Source: Alphaproteobacteria bacterium
GTDB lineage: Bacteria; Pseudomonadota; Alphaproteobacteria; MPNO01; UBA830
Reading direction: 5' to 3'
DNA length: 64,000 nucleotides
Assembly: GCA_964291215.2 (NCBI GenBank)
Contig: OZ219791.1
Span: forward strand, 2,272,001-2,336,000
In this document: piece by piece, positions 11,221 to 21,232 of the stretch
Layout: each line of letters starts with the position of its first letter
How positions within the stretch are numbered: position 1 is the stretch's first letter
Notes under the pieces: generated by a model
Database searches by the model: none
Told to the model about the DNA's origin: nothing
The model's input: only the letters and a program-made list of their open reading frames with translations
Translations under genes and position numbers: made by a program

Positions 11221-11658
11221 TCAGGCGGCGGCCTGTTCCTGATCCTCGCCCCAGTAGTTCAGTTCGATCATGATACCGTTCGGATCCTCGACGAAGATCT
11301 GGAACAGGTCCATGTTCGGCACCTTGCGTTCCCGATACGGATAGCCCTTGTCCTCCAGCCGTTCGCGCAGTCGGGCGGGGGCCTTGGCCCTGAAGGCGAT
11401 GTGGTCGAATGCTCCGGAGCCGTCGAGAGCCTCGGCGCTGATCTCGCCGCCGAGATATTCCATCAGGCCGGAGGGATCCTCGGGGTCCACCCCGACGAGA
11501 TGCACCACGGCGACATCGTCGACATAGAGCCAGTTGCCCGGAAAGGGAAAGTCCGGACGCTCGCCGTCGACCATGCCGAGAATATCGACATAGAAATCCC
11601 GGGTTTCCTGCAATTTCACCGTGCGAATGGAACAGTGATCAAGCGAATTGAGGCTCAT
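11221..11658 (-). CDS. VOC/glyoxalase family protein
   Basis: LDHCSIRT..FYVDILG, FDHIAF, QIFVEDPNGIMIELN. Confidence 0.88.
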   Translation of the reverse strand: MSLNSLDHCSIRTVKLQETRDFYVDILGMVDGERPDFPFPGNWLYVDDVAVVHLVGVDPEDPSGLMEYLGGEISAEALDGSGAFDHIAFRAKAPARLRERLEDKGYPYRERKVPNMDLFQIFVEDPNGIMIELNYWGEDQEQAAA

Positions 11659-12090
11659 CGGTCTTCCTCCCTGCATTCCGCCCGACCATGCCAGCATAGG
11701 CGCGTGCGTTCAAGCCCGATGTAGAGGCGGCCTAGGGCCATGAGAACCTCGTGGGCGTCGACGGCGCGCCGGATGTGCGCCATGGCGAGACGAACCGCCT
11801 CGGGCGAGAGATGGACGGTCTGCATGTCTGTCAGATCCCAGATGTTGAGGCCGCCGTTCCGTCGAATCCGTTGCCTGCCGCGTTGCGCCGGCGCAGCGCA
11901 GGGCGCCTTTCTCACAGGCAGTAGTCATGCCTCATCCTCCAGGGCCCGGGCTCGCCTGCTCGTCCGGCGAGAGCAAGCGCTTGCGCTCGATGGCGTAGTG
12001 CCCCCGGACGATGCGGATTGCGCTTTCGTTGGCCTTCGAAAACTCAACGAGGCCGGTCATGAACGGGTCGGGTCGCGGCACGTGGTCAGG

Positions 12091-12515
12091 TCATCGGCGT
12101 ACGGGGCGGCTCTTGCTTGCGCGAGCCAGTTCGAGGAAGCGGGCCTTGATGTGCACGAACAGACCCGGCGGGATGAAGCCGTGGCTGAAGGTGTCCGGCT
12201 GGCCGGACAGCGGGGACAGCCCGGCATCGGGCCATTCGTCGATGTTGTGTTCCGACATGATTGCCCACTCGGCGCGTCGTCGAGGCCGAGCGCCTGTTTC
12301 ACGCGCGCCGGGGTTTTGATGCCCACCGTATCGCCCGCGGGCGGTGTATGGGTAATCGGCAGCAGCACGACATAGCACGGCCGAACCGACGGATCGGTCG
12401 CGGCTATCAGACAGGCCGGTCGAGTCTTGCGCTGGTCGCGGCCGACGGCAGCCTCGTGCGTCCGGACGTAGTCTTAGCGGACGACGAGGCCCGGCTTCGG
12501 ATCGGGAAGCGCCAC
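12091..12515 (-). pseudogene. Type II TA toxin (PemK/growth-inhibitor-like), inactivated
   Basis: Reconstructed VALPDPKPGLVVR*DY...RPACL...VVLLPITHTPP...GLDDAPS/WAIMSEHNIDEWP...GFIPPGLF..IKARFL. In-frame TAA at 12474-12476 and a frameshift near 12268; directly downstream of a Phd antitoxin. Confidence 0.7.
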
Positions 12516-12525
12516 CGTGTCGTTG

Positions 12526-12773
12526 TTACGTCAGCAGGTTGTCGAGCGGCTTGTGCTCCGCATCCATTTTGGCGCGCTCCACCGCATCGATCACCATGTC
12601 GGCGGCGTCTTCCGTGCGATGGCTCCGCTGTACCCAAGCCAGTCATGCTGCTCCGCGGACATGAGCACGAATTCGCGGCGCCCATGCCGAGTGATCTCCA
12701 CCGGCTCGCGCTGCGCTTCGTGCTGAAACCGCCCGAACGTGCGCTGGAATTCGAGGGCGCTCACTGTGGGCAT
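12526..12773 (-). pseudogene. Phd/YefM-family antitoxin, frameshifted
   Basis: MPTVSALEFQRTFGRFQHEAQREPVEITRHGRREFVLMS is a Phd signature. The natural-looking C-terminus HRTEDAADMVIDAVERAKMDAEHKPLDNLLT* is in another frame after ~12630. Confidence 0.8.
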
Positions 12774-13060
12774 GGTAGCCTCATGGGGCAGCGGAGCCTG
12801 CTCTAATTTACGTATATTACGTATCTACTCACCCCTAGTTGGGTTCTGATTGGTCGTAGTGCTCGTTGATGATGTCTGCGGCTTTTCCGTCGAGGGCGAT
12901 CTGGGTTGCGACGAGTGGGTTGTAGCCGAGTGCGGCCATGGAGGTGAGGTAGCTTGAGCCCCGGCACCATGCTTTCGCGTGGAGCGGAAGCATCCGGACA
13001 CCTTGAGCTTTGCCATCCTGATCTTCTGTTCTCCGGCATTGTTGGTGAAGCTGACATCGG

Positions 13061-14593
13061 GTGCGCCAGGCAAACTGGTGGAATGTGGCCGGGTGCAAGT
13101 CCCGAGAGAGGCTAACCACCACTTTCTCCGTGAACCATGCGTCGCCAGGCGAAGCGTTGGGGAGCGGCAGGCCAGGCTATTGAGCCACGAGATGCTTTGA
13201 AACCGGAGTGCCGAGGTCGTGGCCGAAGGCAACGAGCCGCGTTGGTGAGGGGGGCTCCGCGGGGTCCGAGAACCAGGGCACGCGCCGAAGCAGGGACCTG
13301 GGAGGTCTTGCCCCTCTGTCGTGGAGGGGCCGCAGAGGAAATTCCGTAAACCGATGATGAACGAGAAGTCAGATTCGGCCATAGTACCGCTGAAGGCGGC
13401 GAACAAGGGTTCTTCGGAGCCTGCGGAGTTGTTGGAGGGAAGGGCAATGCGGTTGGCCCGCGCCGCGCGCAGAAGCGGGGGTCACAGGCGGCAGGTAGCG
13501 AAGAGGAACCCGGAAGAGCGTCTTTACTCCACCACGTGACGGTCGACGTTCTGCACGATGCGTTCCATTCCTTGAGGAAGGACGCGGCGGCGGGGCGTTG
13601 TGTGGCAAGCGTACGCGGAGGGTGTGGAACTGCCTGCACGCCCGTGTGCACAGGGGTGCGTACCGGGCGCCTCCAGGGTTTACATACCCAAGGAGGATGG
13701 AGGGCAACGACCGCTTGCCTCGGACAAGATTCTTCAGCGGGCGGTGTGATTCTGGTGCCGCGAGACGGAGTTCCTCGGTTCCGGCCGGGGCGCATCATGC
13801 GCCGTCACGGTGGAACGGCGGAAGGTCAACTGGATCGTTGACGCCCCTTCGACAACCGCGACCATCTGGTCGCGATGCTCGGGAAACGGATCGGGGGGTC
13901 TGATCATCAAGTGACGCCGGCGTCATGGAAGGGACCGACTGGCAAGGGAACGCCGCAAGGGGCGGCGCCTTGCGAACCTGCACTACGTGCGACTGGTTCC
14001 AGAACCACTGGCGCAAGCGGATGGCTGGAGGCGACACGATCACTGTCCGCTATGCGGACGACTTCGTGTGCGGCTTTCAGCATCTGGGCGACGCGCGGCG
14101 CTGAGACCTTGGGGAGAGACTGGCCCACTTGAACTGCACCCGGAAAATCATCGAGTTCGGTCGGTTTGCCAGAGCGAACCGCCGGAAGCGTGGGCAAGAC
14201 GTTCGACTTCCTCGGCATGACGCACTTCTGCGAACAGACGAGGAAAGGCAGGTTCAGGGTCGGTCCATCTCGCAAACGGGCACCCTGCGGCGGATCAAGG
14301 AGGCCTTGCGCAGGCGGTGGCACGATAACCGGCACGAAACGGCCAAGTGGTGAGTTATCAACGGCTGCTACTACGCCGTTCCAGGAAGCAGCCTGCAGAA
14401 GTTCATACACCAATGCAAACAGCTGCGTGCCCTTCGGCGACGCTCCCAAAAGGACTTCACCGGGGACATAGACACCCTCACCGCTGCCCACTGAGCCAGC
14501 ATCCGTGGCCAAACCAGCGCCTTGTCGTCAGGGGAGGAGCGAACAGCGCACGTCCGGTTCTGTGCGGGGGGTAACCCGGTTCCCTACCGCGAT
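13061..14593 (+). mobile_element. Group II intron (degenerate), antisense within the IS66 transposase
   Basis: Starts GTGCG at 13061; ends with domain V/VI-like GCACGTCCGGTTCTGTGCGGGGG...CCCTACCGCGAT at 14593. Removal restores in-frame LRFIDD-PDVSFTNN on the minus strand. Confidence 0.9.
13354..14530 (+). pseudogene. ltrA: Group II intron reverse transcriptase/maturase, multiply frameshifted
   Basis: Fragments HHVTVDVLHDAFHSLRKDAAAG, YIPKEDG, GFRPGR, GTPQGA, RYADDFVCGF (YADD 14051-14062), FDFLGMTH in different frames; boundaries approximate. Confidence 0.85.
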
Positions 14594-15833
14594 GGTCGTC
14601 TATGAAGCGCAGGTTTTCGTGTTTCACGAGACGTTCGTGCAGGTTGTGCGCGTCGGACTTGCGTCCACGTTTTCCTTTCGTCGGGATGTCGGGCAGTTCC
14701 CTGGCGCCCTGATGGTGCGGTAGCGCCTGCGCCCGGCGTCGTTCAGGGTCTTGGATGCGCTCTTGTTGACCTTGTGGCAGACCTCGCGGAGCAGGCTCTT
14801 CATCAGTCGCGCGGTAGCCTCGACGACAAAGGTCAGTTCGCGCAGCAGGTGGCTGCCGCTGGTGGCTACACTGGCCCATGTACGAGGCCCAGGACGCCCT
14901 TGTAGCACGGGCCGATCTCTTGCCCGCGCTTGCGGTGCGGGAACTTGCACGTCAGGATCCCACGACATGGAGCCACTTGCTGTTGATCCGAAATCGTCGA
15001 CATCGGGCGTTGCAGGAGGTGCGCCACGGCGGCCTCCTCCCATGACGCATCGTGAAAGCATAGCCGAGGCCTCGGAGAGCTTGATGCCGGAGATCGCCTG
15101 CACGAGCGCGACGGCGCAGGGACAGCATCTGGGCGACCAGCAGGTTGATGACGAGGGCTTGGATGCCGTACTGCACGGGATGTTGTCAGGGAACCGGCCC
15201 CGGGCCTTGCACTTCGGGCATTCCTCGGCGTCGACGCGGCGCTCGACGACCTCGAACACGATGTCGTGCGGCGCTCCCGATCGACGGGGCCGTCGGCGCC
15301 GCAGGCATCGACCGCGACGGTCTCCTCGACGATGGTCTTGCGCAGGTTGTCGCCCATCTGCTGGTTCGGCTTCGGCACCTTGCCGGCAGCGCCGCGGTCT
15401 TGGCCGCTTCGAACTCCTTGCGCGCCGCCCGTCGCCATCACCCGGCCTCGACGGTCATGATCGTCGCGAGCATCGCCTGGCGCTCGCCCGGCGGCATCTT
15501 CCGGTACTCCGCCTTGCGCTTCATCAGCGCGCCGCCTCCGATGGCACAGCCCGCTCGTCGCCTTCGATCCAAAGTAGCTCACTGCCGGTCCCCGTCGTTC
15601 TCGATAACCACCACTAAACGAATCGACCTGCAGTGTCAAATCTCCACGAAAACCCGTTCGTTGCTCTACCCCGACATCAAGCCGGAACCAGGGGGTGAGC
15701 AGTTACTATATTACGTAGAAATCAAAGGGCGCGGCGAGTTTCCGGCGCCGCGGTAACCCGGGCTCGGACCGGCCGGAGTCCTTCGACCGAGGCGAATTTT
15801 CCATCCGCCGGGCATGGCTGTCCGCGGGACAGT

Positions 15834-16700
15834 TCACGCGCGCCGGCGCCAGCGTTCACCGACGAGACACAGCACCTTGGCGACGGTCGCGCGCTGGCGC
15901 AGAGCGTCGCCATAGCCGGCAAAGCCTGCGGGAGACAGGCGGGAAAGCGGAGGCAGGGTGCGCGGTTCGGCGGCGGGCCGCACGCCCGATTCCCCGAGCG
16001 CCCGCGACAGTGTATCCAACGTCGTGGAAAAGGACCTCCCGCGGCGCTTCGCGCCAGCCACATGCACACCGATGACTTCGCCGTCGGAATTCAGCCATGG
16101 TCCACCGCTGATGCCGCCGAGATAGGGCCCGCGATCGGGAATCCGGCGCACATGCGCCCACGCGATAACCGGTTCCGCGGTTCGGTAGCGGCCCTGGCTC
16201 AGCATCCGCGCGCGGCCGATCACCTGTCCGTGCACGTCGCCGGGCAAGCCCTTGGGAAAACCGAAGGAATAGCCGTCCTGCCCTTTTCGTGGCCGCGGGC
16301 GGGCCAGCGGCAGCGCCGGTACGCCGCCGCGCGTCCACAGCACGCTGATGTCGGCGAAGGTGTGAGGATCGACGCGGCGCACCCGCACCGCCCGGCCGTC
16401 CTGCAACTGGAGCGCGACGGTATCGCAGCCCCCGGTGACGTGCCGCGCCGTGATCCAGATGCCGGACCGGTTGACGGAGAACGCCGTTCCCGTCGAGCTC
16501 TGCCGCTTCTCCTCGATGGTGACGACGATCGTGGGTTCGTCCGGATAGGCGGGTGCCGGGACGGCGTGCCCCGGCGCGAAGGCGCGCGGGTTCGGCCGGC
16601 GGTCGTGCGGTACCGTGTCCCCGTTGCCGCCAACGAACAGCTTTCCGCCGATGGCGACGGCGGCCACGAGGACAAGGGCGAGTATGTCTATGGCCTTCAC
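15834..16700 (-). CDS. Trypsin-like (S1) serine protease with N-terminal anchor
   Basis: GTG start; catalytic triad motifs TARHV, ADISVL, GISGGP; follows the DUF350 gene. Confidence 0.85.
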   Translation of the reverse strand: MKAIDILALVLVAAVAIGGKLFVGGNGDTVPHDRRPNPRAFAPGHAVPAPAYPDEPTIVVTIEEKRQSSTGTAFSVNRSGIWITARHVTGGCDTVALQLQDGRAVRVRRVDPHTFADISVLWTRGGVPALPLARPRPRKGQDGYSFGFPKGLPGDVHGQVIGRARMLSQGRYRTAEPVIAWAHVRRIPDRGPYLGGISGGPWLNSDGEVIGVHVAGAKRRGRSFSTTLDTLSRALGESGVRPAAEPRTLPPLSRLSPAGFAGYGDALRQRATVAKVLCLVGERWRRRA

Positions 16701-16720
16701 GGCCTGCTCCGGCCCGGCCC

Positions 16721-17134
16721 TCAGCCGGCGATGGCAGCGGCGTTGATGAGCGCTATCGCCAGCTTGATGGCGAGGACGAGGATGGCGGCGCTCATTTCGC
16801 CGTTCTCGATGCGTCGCGGCAGGTCCTTCACGAGGGCGTCGCCGATGCGATAGGCCAGAATCTGGATCAGGAGTGTAACCACGCCCCAGACGACGATGTC
16901 CCAGAGGCTGACGCTGCGCGCCATGCAGACGGCGAGCGGTATCGCGAGCCCGATGATGGCGGCGGCGATCGAGGTGGCGGCGGCGATATTGCCGCCGCGG
17001 ATCAACCGCAACTCGTGATAGGGCGTGATCAGGTGATAGATGGTGATCCCGATCGCCAGCATTGCCAGCGTCACGGCGAAATGCAGGATCAGGATCGGAA
17101 AGCCGGCAAACAGGCTCTGGAGTACGGGATCCAT
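16721..17134 (-). CDS. DUF350 (YjfL-like) membrane protein
   Basis: ITPYHELRLIRGGNIAAA and RIENGEMSAA repeats, four hydrophobic helices. Confidence 0.85.
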   Translation of the reverse strand: MDPVLQSLFAGFPILILHFAVTLAMLAIGITIYHLITPYHELRLIRGGNIAAATSIAAAIIGLAIPLAVCMARSVSLWDIVVWGVVTLLIQILAYRIGDALVKDLPRRIENGEMSAAILVLAIKLAIALINAAAIAG

Positions 17135-17313
17135 GACGATATCCGAACGGTGCGCCAGACGCGCATCCTATTGGGTTTGCCTGTGCCCGTACAGGAGTGC
17201 CGGCGGCGGCGCGACATTCCGTTGCTGGAGGGGCACATCCAGTGTAGACTTTGTCCGACCGAATACAGGGCCCCGCGTTGCGTGGCTCCAATCCGATCTT
17301 GCGGGAGGCAATC

Positions 17314-18351
17314 ATGACTGGACGACGTCTCATCACCCCCTGTGCCGTGGTTGTCGCTGCGGCCGTGGCGGCCGTTGCCAGCGCGCAGGCCGCGACAACG
17401 CTTCGTATGCACACCTTCATTCCGCCGGTTGCAAATCCGGCCAAAACCTTCCTGATTCCGTGGGCCAAGAAGATCGAGAAGGATTCGGGCGGCCAGCTCA
17501 AGGTGCAGCCGTTCTGGGCGATGCAGCTCGGCGGCAAGGCGCCGCAGCTCCTCGATCAGGTGCGGGACGGGGTTGTCGACATCGTCTGGGCACTGCCCGG
17601 GTTCACGCCCGGTCGCATGCCGCGGACCGAGCCCTTCGAGCTTCCTTTCGTCCACCGAACCGCATACTCGTCGACCATGGCGCTCCAGGACTACCAGGCC
17701 AAGCATCTCGCGCCCGACCTCAAGGGCTACCATCCCCTGCTGGTCCATGTGCATGCCGGGTTCTTCTTCCAGACCAAGGATCCGGTGACCAAGATGTCGG
17801 ATCTGAAGGGCAAGAAGATCCGTGCGGCATCGCGCCTCGGCGTCGCGCTTCTCAACGCGATGGGGGCGACCGGCATCGGCCTTCCCCTGCCCCAGATTCC
17901 CTCGGCGCTGTCGAAGGGTGTCATCGACGGGGTCACGCTGCCTTATGAGATTGCGCCCGCCGTCAAGACCCCCGAACTGGTCAGGCATTTCTCGATACTT
18001 GCCGGCCCGCAGCCGCGTCTCGGCACGAACGTGTTCACGTTCCTGATGAATCCGGGGAGCTACGGCAAGTTGTCGAAGGATCTGCAGAAGTTGATCGACG
18101 CCAACTCCGGACGCAACATAGCGGAGATGGCAGGAAGAAACTGGGATGCGATCGAGGAGCCCGGGCGCAAGGTCGTGGAGTCCCACAAGAAGAACAAGTT
18201 CCACACCATAGCGCCGGCCGAGGTGGCCAAGATGAAGGCCGCGGGCAAGACCGTCGTCGACAACTGGCTCGCGCAGATGAAGAAGCAGAATATCGATGGC
18301 GCGACCATGCTTGCGGATGCCCGTGCATTGATCGAGAAATACTCGAAGTAG
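17314..18351 (+). CDS. dctP: TRAP transporter substrate-binding protein
   Basis: Signal peptide; MQLGGKAPQLLDQVRDGVVD, PGRMP..E.FELPF, DLKGKKIR, ALSKGVIDG; RBS GGAGG. Confidence 0.92.
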   Translation: MTGRRLITPCAVVVAAAVAAVASAQAATTLRMHTFIPPVANPAKTFLIPWAKKIEKDSGGQLKVQPFWAMQLGGKAPQLLDQVRDGVVDIVWALPGFTPGRMPRTEPFELPFVHRTAYSSTMALQDYQAKHLAPDLKGYHPLLVHVHAGFFFQTKDPVTKMSDLKGKKIRAASRLGVALLNAMGATGIGLPLPQIPSALSKGVIDGVTLPYEIAPAVKTPELVRHFSILAGPQPRLGTNVFTFLMNPGSYGKLSKDLQKLIDANSGRNIAEMAGRNWDAIEEPGRKVVESHKKNKFHTIAPAEVAKMKAAGKTVVDNWLAQMKKQNIDGATMLADARALIEKYSK

Positions 18352-18360
18352 AGAGTTTCT

Positions 18361-18388
18361 CCGGGCCGGCGCACCCACGCCGGTCCGG
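18361..18388 (+). terminator. GC-rich stem-loop after dctP (attenuator or mRNA stabiliser)
   Basis: CCGGGCCGGCG-caccca-CGCCGGTCCGG directly after the stop; no U-tract. Confidence 0.45.
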
Positions 18389-18398
18389 ACCATGACCG

Positions 18399-18953
18399 GT
18401 GTCTGAGGATCGGACAGAGGGGGCGTGGCCGGCCGATCGGGCGGGCCGCGCCCTTGGCATCATTTCCAGGCGGCTCGCGATCACGGGCGGCCTTCTGCTG
18501 TGCGCGATGGCTGCGCTCACTACCGTCAGCGTCGCCGGCCGGGCGGCATTGTCCGCTCCGGTGCCGGGCGACTTCGAGCTGGTGGCGATCGGCACCGGTC
18601 TGGCGGTGTTCGCGTTCCTCCCGTGGTGCCAGCTCAACCGTGGCAATGTGCTGGTGGACTTTTTCATGCTCCGGGCGCCAGCCCGGGCGCGGCTGTTCTG
18701 TGACCTGGTCGGGGGACTTCTCTATCTCGTGATCGGCGTGCTGCTCACGTGGCGCATGGTCTTCGGTGCCCTCGACATGTACAACTACGCGGAAAAGTCG
18801 ATGACCATCAACTTTCCGCGCTGGACGACGTTTCCGCCCTCGATCCTGATGTTGGCATTCCTGGTTGTCGTCGTCGCCTACACGGTGCGGCGGAGCTGGC
18901 GCGACCTGCGCACCGGCCGTACCGTCGACAGCGGCTCGGGGCCGGGAGTCTAG
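18399..18953 (+). CDS. dctQ: TRAP transporter small permease
   Basis: Four TM segments, PVPGDFELV, GNVLVDF; lies between dctP and dctM. Confidence 0.88.
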   Translation: MSEDRTEGAWPADRAGRALGIISRRLAITGGLLLCAMAALTTVSVAGRAALSAPVPGDFELVAIGTGLAVFAFLPWCQLNRGNVLVDFFMLRAPARARLFCDLVGGLLYLVIGVLLTWRMVFGALDMYNYAEKSMTINFPRWTTFPPSILMLAFLVVVVAYTVRRSWRDLRTGRTVDSGSGPGV

Positions 18954-18957
18954 GCAC

Positions 18958-20280
18958 ATGAATGGTGCCGCGATCGGGCTGATCGGTTTCGGGGTCCTGC
19001 TGATACTGCTTGTGCTCCGCATTCCGATCGCGATCGCGATGCTGACGGTCGGCATCGTCGGATATATTTCTATCGCTGGCGAAACCGCCCTGTTCAGCTA
19101 TCTCAAGACCGAAACCTACTGGCGGTTCACGGCCGAGACGCTCTCGGTGGTGCCGCTGTTCATCCTGATGGGGCAGTTTGCCGCGCGCGCCGGGCTCAGC
19201 CAGGCACTGTTTGCCACCGCCAACGCATGGCTGGGCCAGTTCCGCGGCGGCATCGCGATGGCAGCCGTCGGCGGCTGCGCTGGTTTCGGCGCCATCACCG
19301 GCTCGTCGCTCGCGACGGCGGCGACGATGGGCCAGGTCGCGCTGCCCGAGCTCAGACGCTACAATTATGCTGGGTCGCTAGCCACCGGGTCGCTTGCTGC
19401 CGGCGGCACCCTCGGCATACTCATTCCGCCCTCCATCGTCCTGATCATCTATGCCGTCATGGTCGAGGCCAATGTCGCGACCCTGTTCCTGGCGGCCTTC
19501 ATCCCCGGCATCATGGCGGCGTTGGGCTACATACTGGCCATTGCGATCGTCGTCCGGATATCGCCGGATTCGGGACCGGCCGGGGAACGCACGACGTTTG
19601 CACGCAAGCTTCAGGCGCTGATCGAGATCTGGCCGGTGCTCGTGATCTTCTTCCTTGTCATGGGCGGCATCTATGGCGGGTTCTTCACGCCGACCGAGGG
19701 TGCAGGGGTCGGGGCGACGGGCACCTTCCTCATCGCGCTGCTGCGCGGTGGCATGAAGTGGCGGGAGTTCGTGGACGCGATTCTCGATACCGCGATGACC
19801 ACGGGGATGATCTTCCTGATCCTTCTCGGCGCCGCGATATTCAACGCCTTTCTCGGGTTCTCGCAGCTTCCGATCATCGCCGCCGATTTCTTCCAGAACT
19901 CCGGTCTTGCGCCGATGGTCGTCGTGCTCGGCATGGTGGCGCTCTACATCGCGCTCGGGCTGGTGATGGATTCGCTGTCGATGATCCTGCTGACGGTTCC
20001 CATATTCTGGCCGATCATCGCTGGTCTCGAACTCACCCTTCAGGGCGAGGAGCTCAAGCTCTGGTTCGGCATAGTGTCGCTGATCGTCGTGGAGGTCGGG
20101 CTGATCACCCCTCCCGTGGGACTCAACGTCTTCATCATCAATTCGATGGCGAAGGACGTGCCGATGTTCGAGACGTTCAAGGGCGTGCTGCCGTTCTTCC
20201 TTTCGGACGCGGTCCGGGTCGCCATCATCCTCTCGTTTCCGGCGCTCGCGCTCGCGCTTCCCCGCCTGTTTGCAGCGTGA
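18958..20280 (+). CDS. dctM: TRAP transporter large permease
   Basis: VPLFILMG, GSSLATAATM, GGTLGILIPPS, FTPTEGA, GLITPPVGLN. Confidence 0.95.
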   Translation: MNGAAIGLIGFGVLLILLVLRIPIAIAMLTVGIVGYISIAGETALFSYLKTETYWRFTAETLSVVPLFILMGQFAARAGLSQALFATANAWLGQFRGGIAMAAVGGCAGFGAITGSSLATAATMGQVALPELRRYNYAGSLATGSLAAGGTLGILIPPSIVLIIYAVMVEANVATLFLAAFIPGIMAALGYILAIAIVVRISPDSGPAGERTTFARKLQALIEIWPVLVIFFLVMGGIYGGFFTPTEGAGVGATGTFLIALLRGGMKWREFVDAILDTAMTTGMIFLILLGAAIFNAFLGFSQLPIIAADFFQNSGLAPMVVVLGMVALYIALGLVMDSLSMILLTVPIFWPIIAGLELTLQGEELKLWFGIVSLIVVEVGLITPPVGLNVFIINSMAKDVPMFETFKGVLPFFLSDAVRVAIILSFPALALALPRLFAA

Positions 20281-20380
20281 CCGCCGTGCGCGTGCCGTTT
20301 CCGAGCCGCACCATCCCGGCCCGTCCGCAGACGGCCGCCGGCCTCACGGCATGGCATGATGGAACATTCGGAGAGACGCG

Positions 20381-21232
20381 ATGAACGGCCCGGACCACCG
20401 CACCGGCACCGTCGAGAATGGCGATGTCACCCTGTTTTACCGCCGCTTCGGTGATCCCGGCCGGACACCGATCCTCATCGTTCACGGTCTCAGCTACTTC
20501 TCCTATGACTGGATTCCGGTGGCATCCGCGCTCGCGCGCGACCGCGAGGTGGTTGCCATGGATATGCGCGGCTTTGGCGATTCGAACTGGAGCCCGTCCC
20601 AGGCCTACGGCGTCGGCGACTTTGCCGGCGACTGCATGGCGGTCATCGACCATTTCGGCTGGAGCCGGGTCAACCTGATGGGCCATTCTATGGGCGGCCG
20701 CAACAGCGTGTGGTGCGCGGCCGAGAATCCGGGGCGTATGGCGACATTGATCCTTGCCGACTACACGCCGCAGAATGCCCGCGCCGGTTCGGAACGGGTG
20801 ACGCGGACCGTCGCCGGCGTGCCCGACTGCTTTGCGAACGTCGACGATGCGCTGGCCTATTTCGGGCACGATCGCGCACTTGGCGCCGATCATCCGACGC
20901 GCAGGAGGATGGAGGCCTATCTTAGCCCGGTGGCCGGCGGTTTCCGCATCAAGCGCGATACGTTTCATCGCGACCGGTTTCGCCGCGTGCTTGAGGAAGG
21001 TCCAGTTGCTGGCGGTCCCGACATGTGGGAGAAACTCTCCTTGGTCCGGTGCCCGACGCTGGTCGTTCGCGGCACCCGCTCCGACATGTTCGGCACCGAG
21101 AGTGTCGAAAGGGTCAGTTCGGCGCATGCGGATCTGGCATTTGTCGAGATCGATGCGGGTCATGACCTCGCTGGCGACGCGCCCGGGGCGCTGGTGTTGG
21201 AAATTGGCAGATTTCTGGAGGACAGGCCATGA
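20381..21232 (+). CDS. Alpha/beta hydrolase
   Basis: HG oxyanion motif, DMRGFGDS, GHSMGG nucleophile elbow, C-terminal AGH. Confidence 0.9.
   Translation: MNGPDHRTGTVENGDVTLFYRRFGDPGRTPILIVHGLSYFSYDWIPVASALARDREVVAMDMRGFGDSNWSPSQAYGVGDFAGDCMAVIDHFGWSRVNLMGHSMGGRNSVWCAAENPGRMATLILADYTPQNARAGSERVTRTVAGVPDCFANVDDALAYFGHDRALGADHPTRRRMEAYLSPVAGGFRIKRDTFHRDRFRRVLEEGPVAGGPDMWEKLSLVRCPTLVVRGTRSDMFGTESVERVSSAHADLAFVEIDAGHDLAGDAPGALVLEIGRFLEDRP

Larger units (their letters stand above)
12821..15706 (-). mobile_element. IS66-family element (single-ORF ISBst12-like), degraded transposase, interrupted by a group II intron
   Basis: IRs GTATCTACTCACCCC and rc GTAACTGCTCACCCC; 8-bp TSD TATATTAC at 12813-12820 and 15707-15714. 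Transposase fragments CPKC, QYG, SHLLREL, LRFIDD|PDVSFTNNAGEQKIRMAK.KVSGCFRS. Confidence 0.9.

Noticed and set aside
11710-12060. Short minus-strand frames downstream of the TA toxin (e.g. MQTVHLSPEAVRLAMAH)
   Set aside because: May be eroded gene remnants, but I cannot assign a family or a consistent frame.
13351-13356. CCGATG as intron EBS1 complementary to the 5' exon CATCGG
   Set aside because: It lies just before the domain III-like sequence, i.e. probably in domain II rather than the EBS1 loop; likely coincidental.
13354-14530. RT as a retron, DGR or CRISPR-associated RT
   Set aside because: GTGCG/AT boundaries, domain V/VI-like sequence and exact exon restoration identify a group II intron; no TR/VR pair, msr-msd or cas genes.
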